From Felis catus (Eukaryota), in the NCBI RefSeq assembly GCF_018350175.1, contig NC_058368.1, forward strand, positions 41,108,001-41,172,000: a stretch of DNA of 64,000 nt. The letters run 5' to 3'. The position numbers were made by a program, and so were the translations under genes. Under the pieces are notes generated by a model. That model ran no database searches, was not told where the DNA came from, and saw only the letters and a list, made by a program, of their open reading frames with translations. This document shows positions 25,757 through 39,599 of this stretch, piece by piece. Numbering within the stretch: the stretch's first letter is position 1; the number at the start of each line of letters is the position of its first letter.

Positions 25757-26697
25757 AAACGATAGTCTGAAAGACTTATCTTGGTACTGTTTAGTATTGC
25801 AACTAAAATGTCAATAGATGTTCACACTCACATTTGAAATTGTCCTATTAGTGTAACAAAATATATTTTAAATGGCCAAAGTGTTGCTAGAAATGTGAGA
25901 GTAAAAAAAAAAGAAAGAAAGAAAGAAACTTTAGTCAGCTTCCATGTAATATTTTAGGAATAAGAAAGAATGAAATAAAATAGAAATATGGATTAAAATC
26001 ACAAGTGGTAAAGATAACTGAATTTATCTATGTGACTCGATGAAAATACCAACTTGAGACATAGAACTAGATAAGAAAGATGAAAAAACTAATCCCAGCT
26101 GCACTGTAACCATCAAGATTGAGCAGTATTCTACCTTATAATTGAGTCTCAGTGGCACAGTTCTTACATAGTTCACTATGACTGTTCCAATAAGCCCCTG
26201 TTAAAGTTAACAGACTTGAACTACACTGAAAATTCATCACCTAGAGGTGAGTATTGGATTAGTAGAATGGAACAAAAGAAAATTTTCTGTAGAAAGGGGA
26301 TACACAATTCTAAAAATTAATCAGGATTTTACACTTGATCCTTACACTTAATCAGGATTTTAATGTCAGTATATGGCCTAGAATGTGTTCTAAAGAAAAT
26401 TAGTGTGTCAATAAAACTAAAATATAGTGCAAGAATCCAGATATTCAGAAGTCATTTTGTGCTCTATATTTATGGTACATAAATCACACAACATAATTCT
26501 GTATTAAAGGAGTGCTTAAATGTGAGTGTGTATACATATATATATTTAATTCATTATTCAATAGACCATGTATTTTGAGACATTTATATTAATGTTGACA
26601 GATTGTATTTCTATTATATTTTTAACCTAATGTTTTCTCAGCTAAAAGAGGCTTAGCTTAAAATTGAGGAGAACTAAGCATTAGAATGAAATCTCCT

Positions 26698-26921
26698 GGG
26701 GCACCTGGATGGCTCAGTCGGTTGGGCATCCGACTTCAGCTCAGGTTATGATCTGTCATGTCTGTGGGATCGAGCCCCGTGTTGGGCTCTGTGCTGACAG
26801 CTCAGAGCCTGGAGCCTGCTTTGGATTCTGTGTCTCCCTCTCTCTCTCTGTCCCTCCCCTGCTTGCTCTCTGTCTCTCTGTCTCTCTCTCAAAAATAAAC
26901 ATTAAAAAATTAAAAAATAAA
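26698..26921 (+). mobile_element. CAN-SINE
   Basis: Canonical head and tail; perfect TSD AGAATGAAATCTCCT at 26683-26697 and 26922-26936. Confidence 0.97.
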
Positions 26922-27084
26922 AGAATGAAATCTCCTGGAACCTGAAAGTCTTAACCATACTCAAAAAAAAAAAATTGCAAAAAAACCCCACCTTTATATA
27001 TTGACTGCAGTTGATTAAAGATAAGGTTATTAAAAAGATTACCCGGAAGGAGAGTTTAAATGAGGGCAACATGAGAAAGTAAGA

Positions 27085-27199
27085 TAAACAACAGACACAT
27101 GAAAACATGTTCAACATCAGTCATTATCAGGGAAATGCAAATCAAAACCACAGTGAGGTAACGCCTCACACCAATCAGAATGGCTAAAATTAAAAAAGA
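27085..27199 (+). mobile_element. Isolated internal L1 ORF2 fragment
   Basis: ACAGACACATGAAAACATGTTCAACATCAGTCATTATCAGGGAAATGCAAATCAAAACCACAG...CAGAATGGCTAAAAT, homologous to 37315-37415 of the full-length L1. Confidence 0.88.
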
Positions 27200-27284
27200 T
27201 TTTTGCTGAAATAAACTCATAAAATAAAACACATATGACCATTGGTAATTGTAAGACTACTATTGTTAAAAAAAATATATGTAT

Positions 27285-27289
<5 letters not shown>

Positions 27290-27326
<37 letters not shown>

Positions 27327-27352
27327 AGATAGAGAGAGAGAGACAGAGAGAG
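27290..27352. repeat. (GT)n-(GA)n microsatellite
   Basis: Directly visible. Confidence 0.95.
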
Positions 27353-27894
27353 TGTAAAAACCAAATACAATTTCAATCTCCTTTATCCTGATTTAACATA
27401 CACTCAGATTTCCTTGAGGCCCCAAATGATTAAATCATGGGTTCTTCCTTAGAGTATTAATCTACTCAATTGAAATGTCAGCTCTTATTTCATATTTTTT
27501 TTTGCTTTAAATGTCTTGTTAAATGTAAATCTCCATAAGCAAACACTGAGCAATCCTTTATTCAATAAGCAGGTGTTATTAGCACCCTCATGTGTATGGC
27601 AGCTTACTTATTAGTCTTTTCCAAGATGCACAAAGATGTAAAACTAAATAATAATACTGGTTTCATGTCCATTTGCTTTTTAGCCCAGCCTTGTAGAAAG
27701 CAATTATGGAATGTTAAAAGGGGATTATATGCGATAAGCAGAAGGTAAAGAGAAAAACATTTAAAAAGAGGAATAATTAGTTTTATTTTAGTACAACACA
27801 CTAATATTTAAAATAGTGAAGGATACATTAGAAATTAGTTTTCTGATGAAATAAGCTGGAATGAAATTTTGTTGGCAAATTAAAATCAAATTAA

Positions 27895-28150
27895 AGCAAT
27901 TAATGAATATGTATTATGTGTCAGACACTGTTGGATACTTTTGATTAGAGAATAGGAAAAACATATCTTCATAGACATGTAGTCAATGGAAGAGAAACAG
28001 TCATAAATAGATAACTATAATATAAAGTAGTATCTACCTTAATGGAGTTATAATACTTTACAACCTTGGATTTTCAAAATGATGTATCAACAAAATAACA
28101 TTTAAACTGCACTTTAGATATGAATAGAAAAATTAAAGGAAGTTGAAATA
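27895..28150 (-). mobile_element. L2 3' fragment
   Basis: GAATATGTATTATGTGTCAGACACTGTTGGATAC, reverse L2 3' end motif. Confidence 0.55.
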
Positions 28151-31100
28151 TAATGGAAAGTTGGGGAAATGGAAGGTGGTAAAGTTTTTTAAACATCTAA
28201 TAAAGAAAATGGAAACATTTCTTACTCTTTCAACTCTAGTAGTTGAGACAAGTAAAACATAATTTGCATAATTATCATACATACTGGTTCAGGCAGTCTG
28301 ATTTGATTCTGAAATTCATGTTATTCTTGGTGTTTTTATAGATAATATTTTCATAATCAAGTCATATTATTTCTGTAATCAAGTCATATTAATCCCTTCC
28401 CTTTGTTTTACTGAGAGCCCAGTGTATACAGAAACCATTGGCTTCCTGGTCAATACACAGTGCTTCCATTTTTGTGTAAAAACTGTAACTATTTAGGGGA
28501 AGAGATAAAGTTTTCAGCAGAATTTTGAATGAAAACATTTACTTTGGGTTAAATAAGACCTTTTCATTTAACAAGAATAACTTAGCAGGTTAAGACAAAA
28601 TAAAAGGACAGAGACAAAGGGCATGTATGGAATCCTTTATGCAGACTCTCCAACTAACCACAGAAACAGAGTTAGAGAATGTGAGGACTAGTTGAGAAAT
28701 GTGCATCCTTGTAGCAATAAGGACATGCATTTATCCATGACCTCTACTTTTACAACCCATCTCCAGTGAATTTATAAAACAAATTTGTCTTTGGAATTCT
28801 TATGTCTCATTTCTCTTCCTCCCTGAGGTAGCATACTTTTCCATTTCCAAATATTTCCCATCCTTATTGTGAATCTTCCACTGAAAAATTTAATGTTATT
28901 CTTCATTCCCTGATTTTTCTCCCTTTTACACATTCCTCAAATCATTAAACAGCTACCCTCTTAATCAGAGCTAAGTCTGGACTGGCTTATTTCACTATAC
29001 TAGAGCCTTTAAGTCCTCAGTCTGTCAAACAATGGGCTAGAATAATATTTTTTGGTTTTACAGGAGAAATTCTTAGAAATGGAGTATGGTAAATATTTTT
29101 GACATCTGTGTAGGAGAATGAGCTACTTTCCTGTATTGGTAACTTTGATGAAATTGAATCAGTGCTATATTGCATTAGTTCTCCTCCCCACTATTATAAG
29201 ATATGGGTTCTTAATAGGATAATTTTGTACTGTATTAGATAAATTTAATATTCATGCATTATGAAGAAACATTGCTAATATGATAGAAAACTGCTAGGAG
29301 AACCAAATGACTTCATTAAAACTTAAATAAAGCTCACTTTGCATTTTTCCCCTCCTTGAATACCTGTCTATACTAATTAGATGGTAGGAAAGGCAGATTG
29401 GACCCTAGAGACTAAGTTGTACATAACCCATATTCTCACCACAATCGGATGTCACCTTTCAAGCACAAAATCTTTCTACTGGATCGTAGTTGGAAATTTT
29501 AATATAGAAATATTTAGGATGTTTTAATTTAAAATGATCATCACTTGCTCTACTTAGTCCTGGCCTTGCTAATTTATGTCTATCATAATTGCAGAAAGAA
29601 GGCATTTGTGAGCAATACAATAACTCGCTGAATCTTCATGAGCTCTGAGTCAATAAAATGATGACACAAATTTCACATTCTTTTAATGCGACATCTGCTT
29701 CATCAGTTGAAAGAATTACACCCTTGCTTTGAAGGAGTCTTAATGACACAGACCAAATCTTAATAGATAGTAACTAAGATGAACACACTGTTTCATTCCA
29801 TGCATAAAGAGAACACTATTTTAATTGCAACGGAATTAAAGTGTATGCTGGGTTTTGTAGATCTTCAAATATTTTATTTAATTTAGGTTTAATAAGATCA
29901 CATGTAACTCTATAAATGAAAAAAATAAGGCAAATTATTGGAAACTAAAATGAATAAGTACATTCATTTGTTTCAGGTTTTATTTTACAAAATCAAAGAT
30001 CAAATCATTTTTATATCCTTACTATTTCAAAGGTTATTTGGCTTGCTTGATTCAGCTACTGCACAGTCAAAATGCAGAAAAATGTATCAAAAATAAATTT
30101 TAGTTACTATCTATCACACTGACATTTATTAAGAAAATAATGCAATTGGGAATATACCCAAGTGACCAATTGGTCATTTGTCCTTTAGAGTATAGGAAAC
30201 TTTTAGTACAGAATAAATTAGGAAGTAGTAGACATGTGCTAATTCTGGAAACAGTGCCTAATAGGCTTTGTGGAAAGTTGTGTATATTTTAGAAAACCAT
30301 CAGTGCATGGTGTTTTTCCAAAGTTTAGAGCTATTCAAGTTTATTTCTCAACTATAATTTTGTATAATATATAACCATGCTGCTGACGTTACTAATCAAT
30401 GAACAACAGAGAAAATGATAGACTAACTATGTTGCGTTCACAAGGATTCTTAAGATTTTTAGGTCCTTGGGAACTATTCAAGATGGGTTTGACTACTCTT
30501 TAAGACATAGGCTCTCAAAATTATTTACCTAAAAAAAAAAAGAAAAACGAGACAAGCACATTAACACAACATAAGGCTTAATAGTGCCAATGAAGAAAAA
30601 TATATAGAGATTTATTGCCTACTAAGTCCAGGTACCAAATCTTTACAAATGACACATATATAATATACTCACACTTGTTTGTATGTTGATGGACAAACAC
30701 TCCAATGGAAAAAAAAATCTGATAATGGAAATTAAAATCAACAATAGCAAAATTTCTATTGTCATTTTATTGCTACTTCAACTCTCACTTGGACATTTCT
30801 TCATGCATTCCAGCCAAGGAAAAGTTAATCTGATTACAATGAGAAACATAATTACATTTTTAAAAATTTCTCAAATAGTGTTGGAACTTTTTAGATTTCA
30901 CCTATTATTATTCAGGAGAATCTACTGGATTTAAACAAATCAGGTATTACCTATATCTTAACTATTCTCAAACATTCTGTTTTTTTCACACCCAAAAAAT
31001 TAACTGATCATTGGTGCATGATATCCAAATTGCTTACTATCTTACTCTCAATGCTTTTATGCTTCTAAAAAAATTGACAAAATTATTTGAGCAAAGAATG

Positions 31101-33103
31101 TAAGAAATATTTGTTTTAAGCTCTAGAAGAATTTACTAAACAAAATACAAAATCAATTTTATTTGTCTGTTGTATAGTTGAGCTCAACTATAAAATTTGA
31201 TCAATATTAGGAGTATGAAATCAAATACAAAAAAGAAATGTTTTTAGGAATAGAAGACAATACCATATACAGGAATAACTTTAAAATTTATTCAAAATAG
31301 AAACAGTGCAAATGTGAAGTTAAATTATAGATTAGTCAACAGACAAGTGTATAAAGAGGTTGCTACACTTACAGGTCTATTGTAATTTCATTGTAGTGAT
31401 AAATTTTGAAAAAAATATATAGTTTGAGAAAATAATGAGATTCAGGAGAAAATCCAGTCTATCTCTCTATTTCTTGAAGAATAAATATGATAGGAGAGGA
31501 GTTAAGATGGTGGAGAAGTAGGGGACCGTGAGCTTTCCTTGTCCATTATTGTGGTCATATCACTTGAAACACCCAGAAAATCGATCTGTGGAGTGACAGA
31601 AGGATCTCCACAATTGGAGGGAGACAGCATCGTAGGTGTGAGGTGCATAGAAGACATTTGGGGGAGAGAAAAACCACAGACTGGGGAGCAAGAAGCACTG
31701 AGTGTTGAAGGCTTTTTTTCCCTCCCAACAGTATTTGGAGTTCAAACTCTGAGGTTTTGGAAGTGCAAGGCTCTCCACAGTGGAGCTGTGACACTCGCTC
31801 CTGGGAGGAGGGAGCTGGCCCCAGAATGCATAGCTTGGTAGAGGGATCTCAGAGGTGCATTGAGAGAAAACATTCCCCTTGCTGGAGTACTTTTGGAAGT
31901 GGGTATATTGCCTCTCCAAGGACAAACAACTCTGCAGGTGCTAGCAAAAGGCCTTCATCAGCAGGGGAGACAGCTGCATCCAGAGGGAATATAACCTTTG
32001 CTGCTTTTAGTGGTGCTACACCATAGATTCTGTGCACTGTGCAGGTGTGGGACTGTTTTTCAGGGACAAAAGATTTCACACAACTTGAAGAGTCTCTTCT
32101 CTGGAGGAGGGGGGCGGATCCACATGGTGCCAGGTCCTTTAAGACTTCAGGTTTTGAATCCTGGCCATGCACCAAATTAAAAACACAGGAGAGCTATGGT
32201 GGGTGAGCTGACTGCCCTTGTTATTCTTTGAGGGCTGCCTGAATAGTGGGGAGTGTGAGATCCCCAGTTGGGGATGAGAGATTGGGGTGGTGCCATTTCC
32301 CCCTCTAACATTAACAGTCCTGCAGTAGGACCTCAGAGAGCAACACAGCAGCCCCCAGTGGAGGCAGGACTGGTTTACACTAAACCGCACCCCTCATTTC
32401 CGGCAACTGCTTATATGTGGGGCCAGACTCACTCTGAGCCAACACAGAAGGCTCTCCTCCAGACGACCAGCACAGGCCACAACCCTACCCGGCTGCCACC
32501 CATGTACCAAATGTACTAAAAATCAAGTGCTTCAAAACACCTGCAATTCTGGTGGAACTAGGATCAGGCCTAATTTTTTTTTTCTTTTCTTCTTTCTTTC
32601 TTTCTTTCTTTTGGAATCAGGCTCAGAGTTTCTTGTGTGTGTGTGTGTGTTTTCATTTAGTTTTCTCTTTATTTGGATCACACTTTTTTATTCCTTCCTT
32701 TCTCTTTCTTTTTTTATTTTATTTTTTTTTACCTTTTTGTTTCTTTGAAATCAGAATTTTTTGATTCTCTGTTTGGGGTTTTTGTTGTTGTTGTTCCCTA
32801 TCCTTTTACCTTTTTTTGAGATCAGGCTTTTTTTTCCCATTTTTTTTTCTAGGCTTACTTCTAGGCTTGCTTCCAAACAAATCTAAGCACACCTAGTTAA
32901 AGGTCCAAACACTCCCAAGTAAGTGGGAGTAAGTGGGAAAGACCATCCAAAATGCAACAGCAGAGTGCACACAGCATACCAGAAACACTTCCTGAAGTTC
33001 CTGGCCTGGACAGTGTATGACCCTTTTTTAATTTAGCAGTACTCTCAGGTGCAGGAAATATAACAAGCTTTTAAAACATGTAAAAGACAGAAACTTAACT
33101 AAA

Positions 33104-33984
33104 ATGACAAGATGGAGGAATTCTCCCCAAAAGAAAGGTCAAGAAGGAATCATAGCCAGGGACTTGTCCAAAACAGATATAAAAGATATACTTGCACAAG
33201 ACTTAGGAAAACAATCATAAGACTAATAGCTGGGCTTGATAAAAGCAAGAAGACAGCAGAGAAATCCTTGCTGCAGAGATCAAAGACCTAAAAGCTAGTT
33301 AAACTGAAATTAAAAATGCTATAACTGAGATGCAAAACCAACTGAATACAGTCACAACAGGTATTGAAGACACAAAGGAGAGAATAGGTGATATAGAAGA
33401 TAAAATTATGGACAATAATGAAGCTGAAAAAATGAGAGGAAATTGTTATCTCACAAGGGGAGACATAGAGAACTTAGTGATTCATAATATGAAACAATAT
33501 CTGTATCATAGGAGTCCAAGAAGAAGAAGAGCAGGAAAGGGGGTCAGAAAGTATATTTGAATGAATTGTAGCTGAAAACTTCCCTAATCTGGAGGAAAAA
33601 CAGGCATGCAAGTCCAAGAGACCCGGAGAACTTCCCTCAAAATCAACAAAAACATGTCAACAACACAACATATCATACTGAAACTTACAAAATGCAAAGA
33701 TAAAGAGAGAATTCTGAAAGCAGCTAGGGACAACAGGTCTTTTACCTACAAGAGTAGACACATAAGATTAGCAGCTACCTGTCCACTGAAACTTAGCAGA
33801 CCAGAAAGGAGTGGCCAGAAATATTCAATGTGCTGAATGATAAAAGTATAGAGTCAAAAATTCTTTATCCAGCAAGGCTGTCATTCAGAATATAAGGAGA
33901 GATAGTTTCCCACTTAAAAATTAAAGGAGTTTGTGACCACTAAACTAGCCCTGCAAGACATTTTAAGGGGAACTTTCGTAGTGA
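33104..33984 (+). pseudogene. L1 ORF1p remnant (frameshifted)
   Basis: ATG at 33104 (MTRWRNSPQKK); ORF-track peptides ...KERIGDIEDKIMDNNEAEK and HIILKLTKCKDKERILKAAR. Confidence 0.9.
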
Positions 33985-35203
33985 AGAAAAAAAAAGAAGA
34001 CCTAAGCAACAAAGACTACAAAGAACCAGATAACATCATCTGAAACACCAACTCTACAAGTAACACAATGGCACTAAATTCATACCCTTCAATAATCACT
34101 CTGAATATAAATGGACTAAATGCTCCAATCAAAAACATAAGGTGTCAGAATGGACTAAAAAAACAAGATCTATCCATATGCTGCCCGGAAGAGACTCATT
34201 TTAGACCTAAAGGCACATGCAGATTGAAAGTGAGTGGATGGAGAACCATCTATCATGCTAATGGATGCCAAAAGAAAGCTGGAGTAGCCCTACTTATGTC
34301 AGACCAACTAGATTTTAAAACAAAGACTGTAATGAGAGATGAAGAAGGGCATTATATCATAATTAATGGGTCTATCCATCAAGAAGATCTAACCATTGTA
34401 AATATTTATGCTCCCAACTTGAAACACCAAATATATAAATCAGTTAATAACAAACATAAAGAAAGTCATCGATAGTAATACCATAATAGTAAGGGATTTT
34501 AATACACTCTTACAGTGATGGACAGATAATCTAAGCATAAAATCAACAAGGAGAAAACAGCTTTGAATGACATACTGGACCTCATAGACTTTACAGATAT
34601 ATTCAGAACATTTCATCCTAAAGCAACAAAATACACATTCTTCTCCAGTGCACATGACACATTCTCCAGAATAGATCACATACTGTGTCACAAATCAGCC
34701 TTCAACATGTACAAAAAGGTCAAGATCATATCATGCATATTTCAGACCATAATGCTATGAAACTTGATATCAACCACAAGAAAAAATTTGGAAAGCCCTC
34801 AAATACATGTAGGTTAAAGAACACCCTACAAAGAAAGATTGGGTTAACCAGGAAATTAAAGAAGAAATTACAAAAAAAATACATGGAAGCAAATGAAAAT
34901 GAAAACATGACAGTCAAAACACTTTGGTATGCACCAAAGGCAGTCCTAAAAAGAAAGCACATTGCAGTTCAGGCCTATCTCAAGCAGCAAAAAGTCCCAA
35001 ATACACAATCTAACCTTACACCTAAAGGCCCTAGAAAAGGAACAACAAATAAAGCACAAAACCAACAGAAGAAGGGAAATCATAAAGATTAGAGCAGAAA
35101 TAAATGATATATATTAAAAAAAAGTAGAACAGATCAATGACACTAAATCCTGGTTCTTTGAAAGAATAAAAAGATTGGTAAATCAGTCTAGCCTGACTGA
35201 TTT

Positions 35204-35205
<2 letters not shown>

Positions 35206-35252
<47 letters not shown>
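35206..35252. repeat. (GA)n microsatellite inside L1 ORF2
   Basis: Directly visible. Confidence 0.97.
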
Positions 35253-35255
<3 letters not shown>

Positions 35256-37733
35256 GACCCAAACAGATAAAATCATGAATGAAAGAGGAGATCACAACCA
35301 ACAACAGAGAAATACAAATAATTATAAGAGAATACTATGAGAAATTATATGCCAATAAACTGAGCAATTTGAAGAGATGGACAAATTTCTAGAAACTCAC
35401 ACCCTACTGAAATTAAAACAGGAAGAAATAGAAAATTTGAACAGATGCATACCAGTAAAGAAACTGAATCAATTATCAAAAATCCCTCAACAAAACAAGA
35501 GTCCTGGGACAGATGGCTTCCCAGGGGAATTCTAGCAGATATTTAAGAAAAATTAATACATATTCTTGTCAAAATGTTCTAAAAAACAGAAATGGAAAGA
35601 GAATGTCCAAACTATTCTATAAAGCCAGCATTACCTTGATTCCAAAACCAAAGACCCCACTAAAAAGGAGAATTATAGGCCAATATCCCTGATGAATCTG
35701 GCTGCAAAAATTCTCAATAAGATTCTATCAAATTGAATTCAACAGTACATTAAAAGAATTATTCACCGTGATCAAGTGGGATTTATTCCTGGACTGCAGG
35801 GCTACTTCAATATTTGCAAATCAATCAATGTGATACACCACATTAATAAAAGAAAGGATAAGAGATATATGATCCTCTCAATAGATGCTGAAAAAGAATT
35901 TGACAAAATACAGCATCTTTCTTGATTAAAACTCTCAGAAAATGTAGGGATAGAAAGAACATAACTCAACACCATAAAAGTTTTGTATGAAGGACCCACA
36001 GCTAATATCATCCTCAGTGGAGAGAAACTGAGAGCTTTCCCTCTGATAACAGGAACACGGCAGGGATGTTTACTCTCACCACTGTTGTTCAACACTGGCA
36101 GTCCTAGCTTCAGCAATCAGACAACAAAAAGAAATAAAAGCATACGTATTGGCAAGAAAGAAAGTAAAATTTCACTCCTCGCAGATGACATGATACTCTA
36201 TGTGGAAGACTTGAAAGATTCCACCAAAAAACTGCTAGAACTAACACATGAATTCAGCAAATTCACAGGATATAAAATCAATGTGCAGAAATCAGTTGCA
36301 TTTCTAAACAGCAGAAAGAGAAATCAAGGAATTGATCCCATTTACAATTGCACCAAAAACCATAGGATATATAGGAATAAACCTTACCAAAGATGTAAAA
36401 GATTTGTACACTGAAAACTATAGAAAGCTTATGAAAGAAATTGAAGAAGACACAAAGAAATGGAGAGGCATTCCACGCTCGTGGATTGGAAGAACAGATT
36501 TTGTTAAAATATCTATACTACCAAAAGCTATCTACACATTTAAATCCCTATCAAAATAACACCAGCATTCTTCAAGAGCTAGAACAAACAATCTTAAAAT
36601 TTGTATACCAGTTAAGACCCTGAATAGCCAAAGTAATGTTGAGAAAGAAAACCAAAGCTGAAGGCACCACAATCCTGAACTTCAAGATGTATTACAAAGC
36701 TGTCATCATTAAGACAGGATGGTACTGACACAAAACAGACACACAGATCAATGGAACAGAATAGAGAACCCAGTAATGGACCCACAAATGTATCACCAAC
36801 TAATCTTCGACAGAACAGGAAAGAATATTCAGTGGAATAAAATAGTCTCTTCAGCAAGTAGTGCTGGGAAAACTGAACAGTGCCATGCAGAAGAATGAAA
36901 CTGGACCACTTTCTTACACCATACACAAAAATAAATTCAAAGTGAATGAAAGACCTAAATGTGAGGCAGGAAACCATCAAAATCCTATAGGAGAATACAG
37001 GCAGCAACCTCTTTGATCTCAGCCACAACAACTTCTTACTAGACTTGTCTCTGGAGATGAGGGAAACAAAAGCAAAAATGAACTACTTGGGCCTTATCAA
37101 GATAAAAAGCTTCTGCATGGTGAAGGAAGCAATAAACAAAACTAAAAGACAACCAACAGAATGGGAGAAGATATTTGCAAATGACATGTCAGATAAAGGG
37201 TTAGTATCCAAAATCTATAAAGAAATTATCAAACTAAATACCCAAAAACAATCCAGTGAAGAAATAGCCAAATACATGAATAGATGCTTTTCCAAGGAAG
37301 ACATCCATATGACCAACAGACACACGAAAAGATGCTCAACATCACTCGTCATCAGAGAAATACAAATCAAAACCACAATGAGATACCACCTCACATCTGT
37401 CAGAATGGCTAAAATAACGAACAGATGTTGGCAAGAATGTGGAGAAAGAGGAACCCTTTTGCTCTGCTGGTGCGAATGTAAACTGATGCAACCAATCTGG
37501 AAGACGTGGAGGTTCCTCAAAAAATTAAAAATAAAACTACCCTAGGACCAAGCAATTGCACTACTAGGTATTTATCCAAAAGATACAGTAGTGTTGATTC
37601 GAAGGGACACATGCACCCCAAAATTTACAGCAGCACTATCAACAATAGGAAATTATTGAAAGAACCCAAATGTCCATCAACTGATGAATGGATAAAGAAG
37701 AAGTGGTATATATATTGTATATGTTGTATATAT

Positions 37734-37737
<4 letters not shown>

Positions 37738-37772
<35 letters not shown>
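37738..37772. repeat. (CA)n microsatellite inside L1
   Basis: Directly visible. Confidence 0.97.
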
Positions 37773-37776
<4 letters not shown>

Positions 37777-39599
37777 TACAGTGGAATATAACTTGGTGAT
37801 GAAAATGAATGAAATCTTGCCATTTGCAACATTGTGGATGGAACTAGAGTTTATTATGCTAAGCAAAATAAGTCCATCAGAGAAAGACAAATATGATTTC
37901 ACTCATGTGGAATTAAAAAAAAACACAACGGATGAACATAGGAAAAGGGAAAAAATAAGATAAAAGCAGAGAAGAAGGCAAACCATAAGAGACTCTTAAA
38001 TGCAGAGAACAAATTGAGGGTTTCTGGAGGGGAGGTGGGTGGTGTGAAGGGCTAAATGGGTGATGGACTTTAAGGAGGGCACTTGTTGGGATGAGCACTG
38101 GGTGTTATATGTAAGTGATGAATCACTGGGTTATACTCCTAAAACCAATACTATACTGCATGTTAACTAACAAATTTAAATCAAGAAAAATAAAAAAAAA
38201 TAAAATGCCATAGGCATGGTATTTAGGTAATCATTTTGTAATTTTTTTCAATCCAACCTTTAAAACATGCATATATTTTATGCATATATTGTTATTTTGA
38301 TTATTTATTTATGGTAAGCTGCTCCAATTAGAGAAAATTGTAGCATCTGTGGTTTCATTTATGGTGCCGAAGGAAAGTGATTACTGTATTATGAGGCAGC
38401 CATACTCTAGAGTATAACAAAACATGAAATACGACTAGGTTGAGCAAGTTCTTATTTTCCAGCGATGTGGTTTTCTCTGAGGAGCCACATCTTGTAGTTA
38501 CCAGATGTTCCACAATAACAGTAACTCTGGAGTTTCTTCGTTGTTATAACAAGACGATTTTACTACATAGGAAAAGATTGGCATTTTCTCTGCTGGAAGA
38601 AAATGAAATTGGCAATTTGAAAGGCAGTTTTAACTGAGCTATGTGGTTTACATTGATTAATCTATCTCATTAGAATATTAGCCAGCCAATCAGAACCCAT
38701 TTCTATCCATTTTCTAATCTATGCCATATGTCTAGGTCATAAAAAGCATTTTCTTTAATTCCGGCTACTATGGAATCTGCATTAGAAAAGAAGCTGACCT
38801 TTTCTCTTAGCCACCGAAAGTTTGGAAAATGAGTTTTATTATTTTGGGGAAGGTTTTGTTCTGATTTGAGGGGCCTAGGAAGGCAGGAATAAAGACAATT
38901 GGGGAAAATCATTTGGTTTCTCTATCTTGCTTCTACCATAATATCTTTTTTTTTTCCTTTGTGGCAATTGAAATGACACAACACAAAGATGTTGTTTATC
39001 AACATCTGTGGCCTGTCTTAACATATGCTCATCATACAAATGCCTGTCCCATCTATAACTATGGGTAAAGAAAACTGTACATCAACTCATCTATAGAAAA
39101 AATATGTGATTTACAGAATGGACAGATATCATACAAATAAAGAGGAAGAGTTTCCACATTTCATTCTTGTAAATACAGTTGCCTTTAATGACTTTGTAGT
39201 ATGACAACATAAGGTGTCTTATTACTTTGGGACAAAATAGAGTAGCGAAGGCTATTAAGATTTTCTTAAAGATGTTCAATGAACCATCATTGAGTCATGT
39301 CCCACTTGTTTTATGAAGGACGTTGGCAATATCTATTTTAATCACAAACACATATGCACATTGATCCATCAAAACCTCTGTGGATAGATCTCAAAATAAA
39401 TAAAAGCACTATTACATAAGGTTTATGATATATATGTTTGATACATCATTTTTTTCTTAATCACAAAAACTGAAAGGTTGTGTCTGTCAATAGAGAAATT
39501 ATTGACATTTTTTCAACCCATGGAATATTGCACATTTATTGAAATGCATGAGTTAGAATTACACCACTTAAGCCAGAGAGATTTTTCCAGGTTATTTTT

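Larger units (their letters stand above)
34068..37916 (+). pseudogene. L1 ORF2p remnant (endonuclease, RT, C-terminal region), multiple stops and frameshifts
   Basis: SIITLNINGLNAPIK, TIVNIYAPN, FSRIDHIL (endonuclease); GTRQGCLLSPLLFN and [10 protein letters not shown] (RT); [20 protein letters not shown] (C-terminal Cys region). Confidence 0.95.
31493..38205 (+). mobile_element. Full-length (~6.7 kb) decayed carnivore LINE-1
   Basis: 5' end GGAGAGGAGTTAAGATGGTGG (YY1-like), GC-rich 5'UTR, ORF1 and ORF2 remnants, 3'UTR GGATGAGCACTGGGTGTTATATGTAAGTGATGAATCAC, A tail; degenerate TSD AATAAATATGATAGG / AATAAAATGCCATAGG. Confidence 0.97.

Noticed and set aside
31539..32519. Cluster of 80-120 aa ORFs on both strands
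   Set aside because: They lie within the GC-rich L1 5'UTR, where stop codons are sparse; no recognisable protein.
38440..38637. Acceptor-like TTCTTATTTTCCAG followed by an open frame
   Set aside because: No convincing donor site or protein similarity, so there is not enough support to call an exon.
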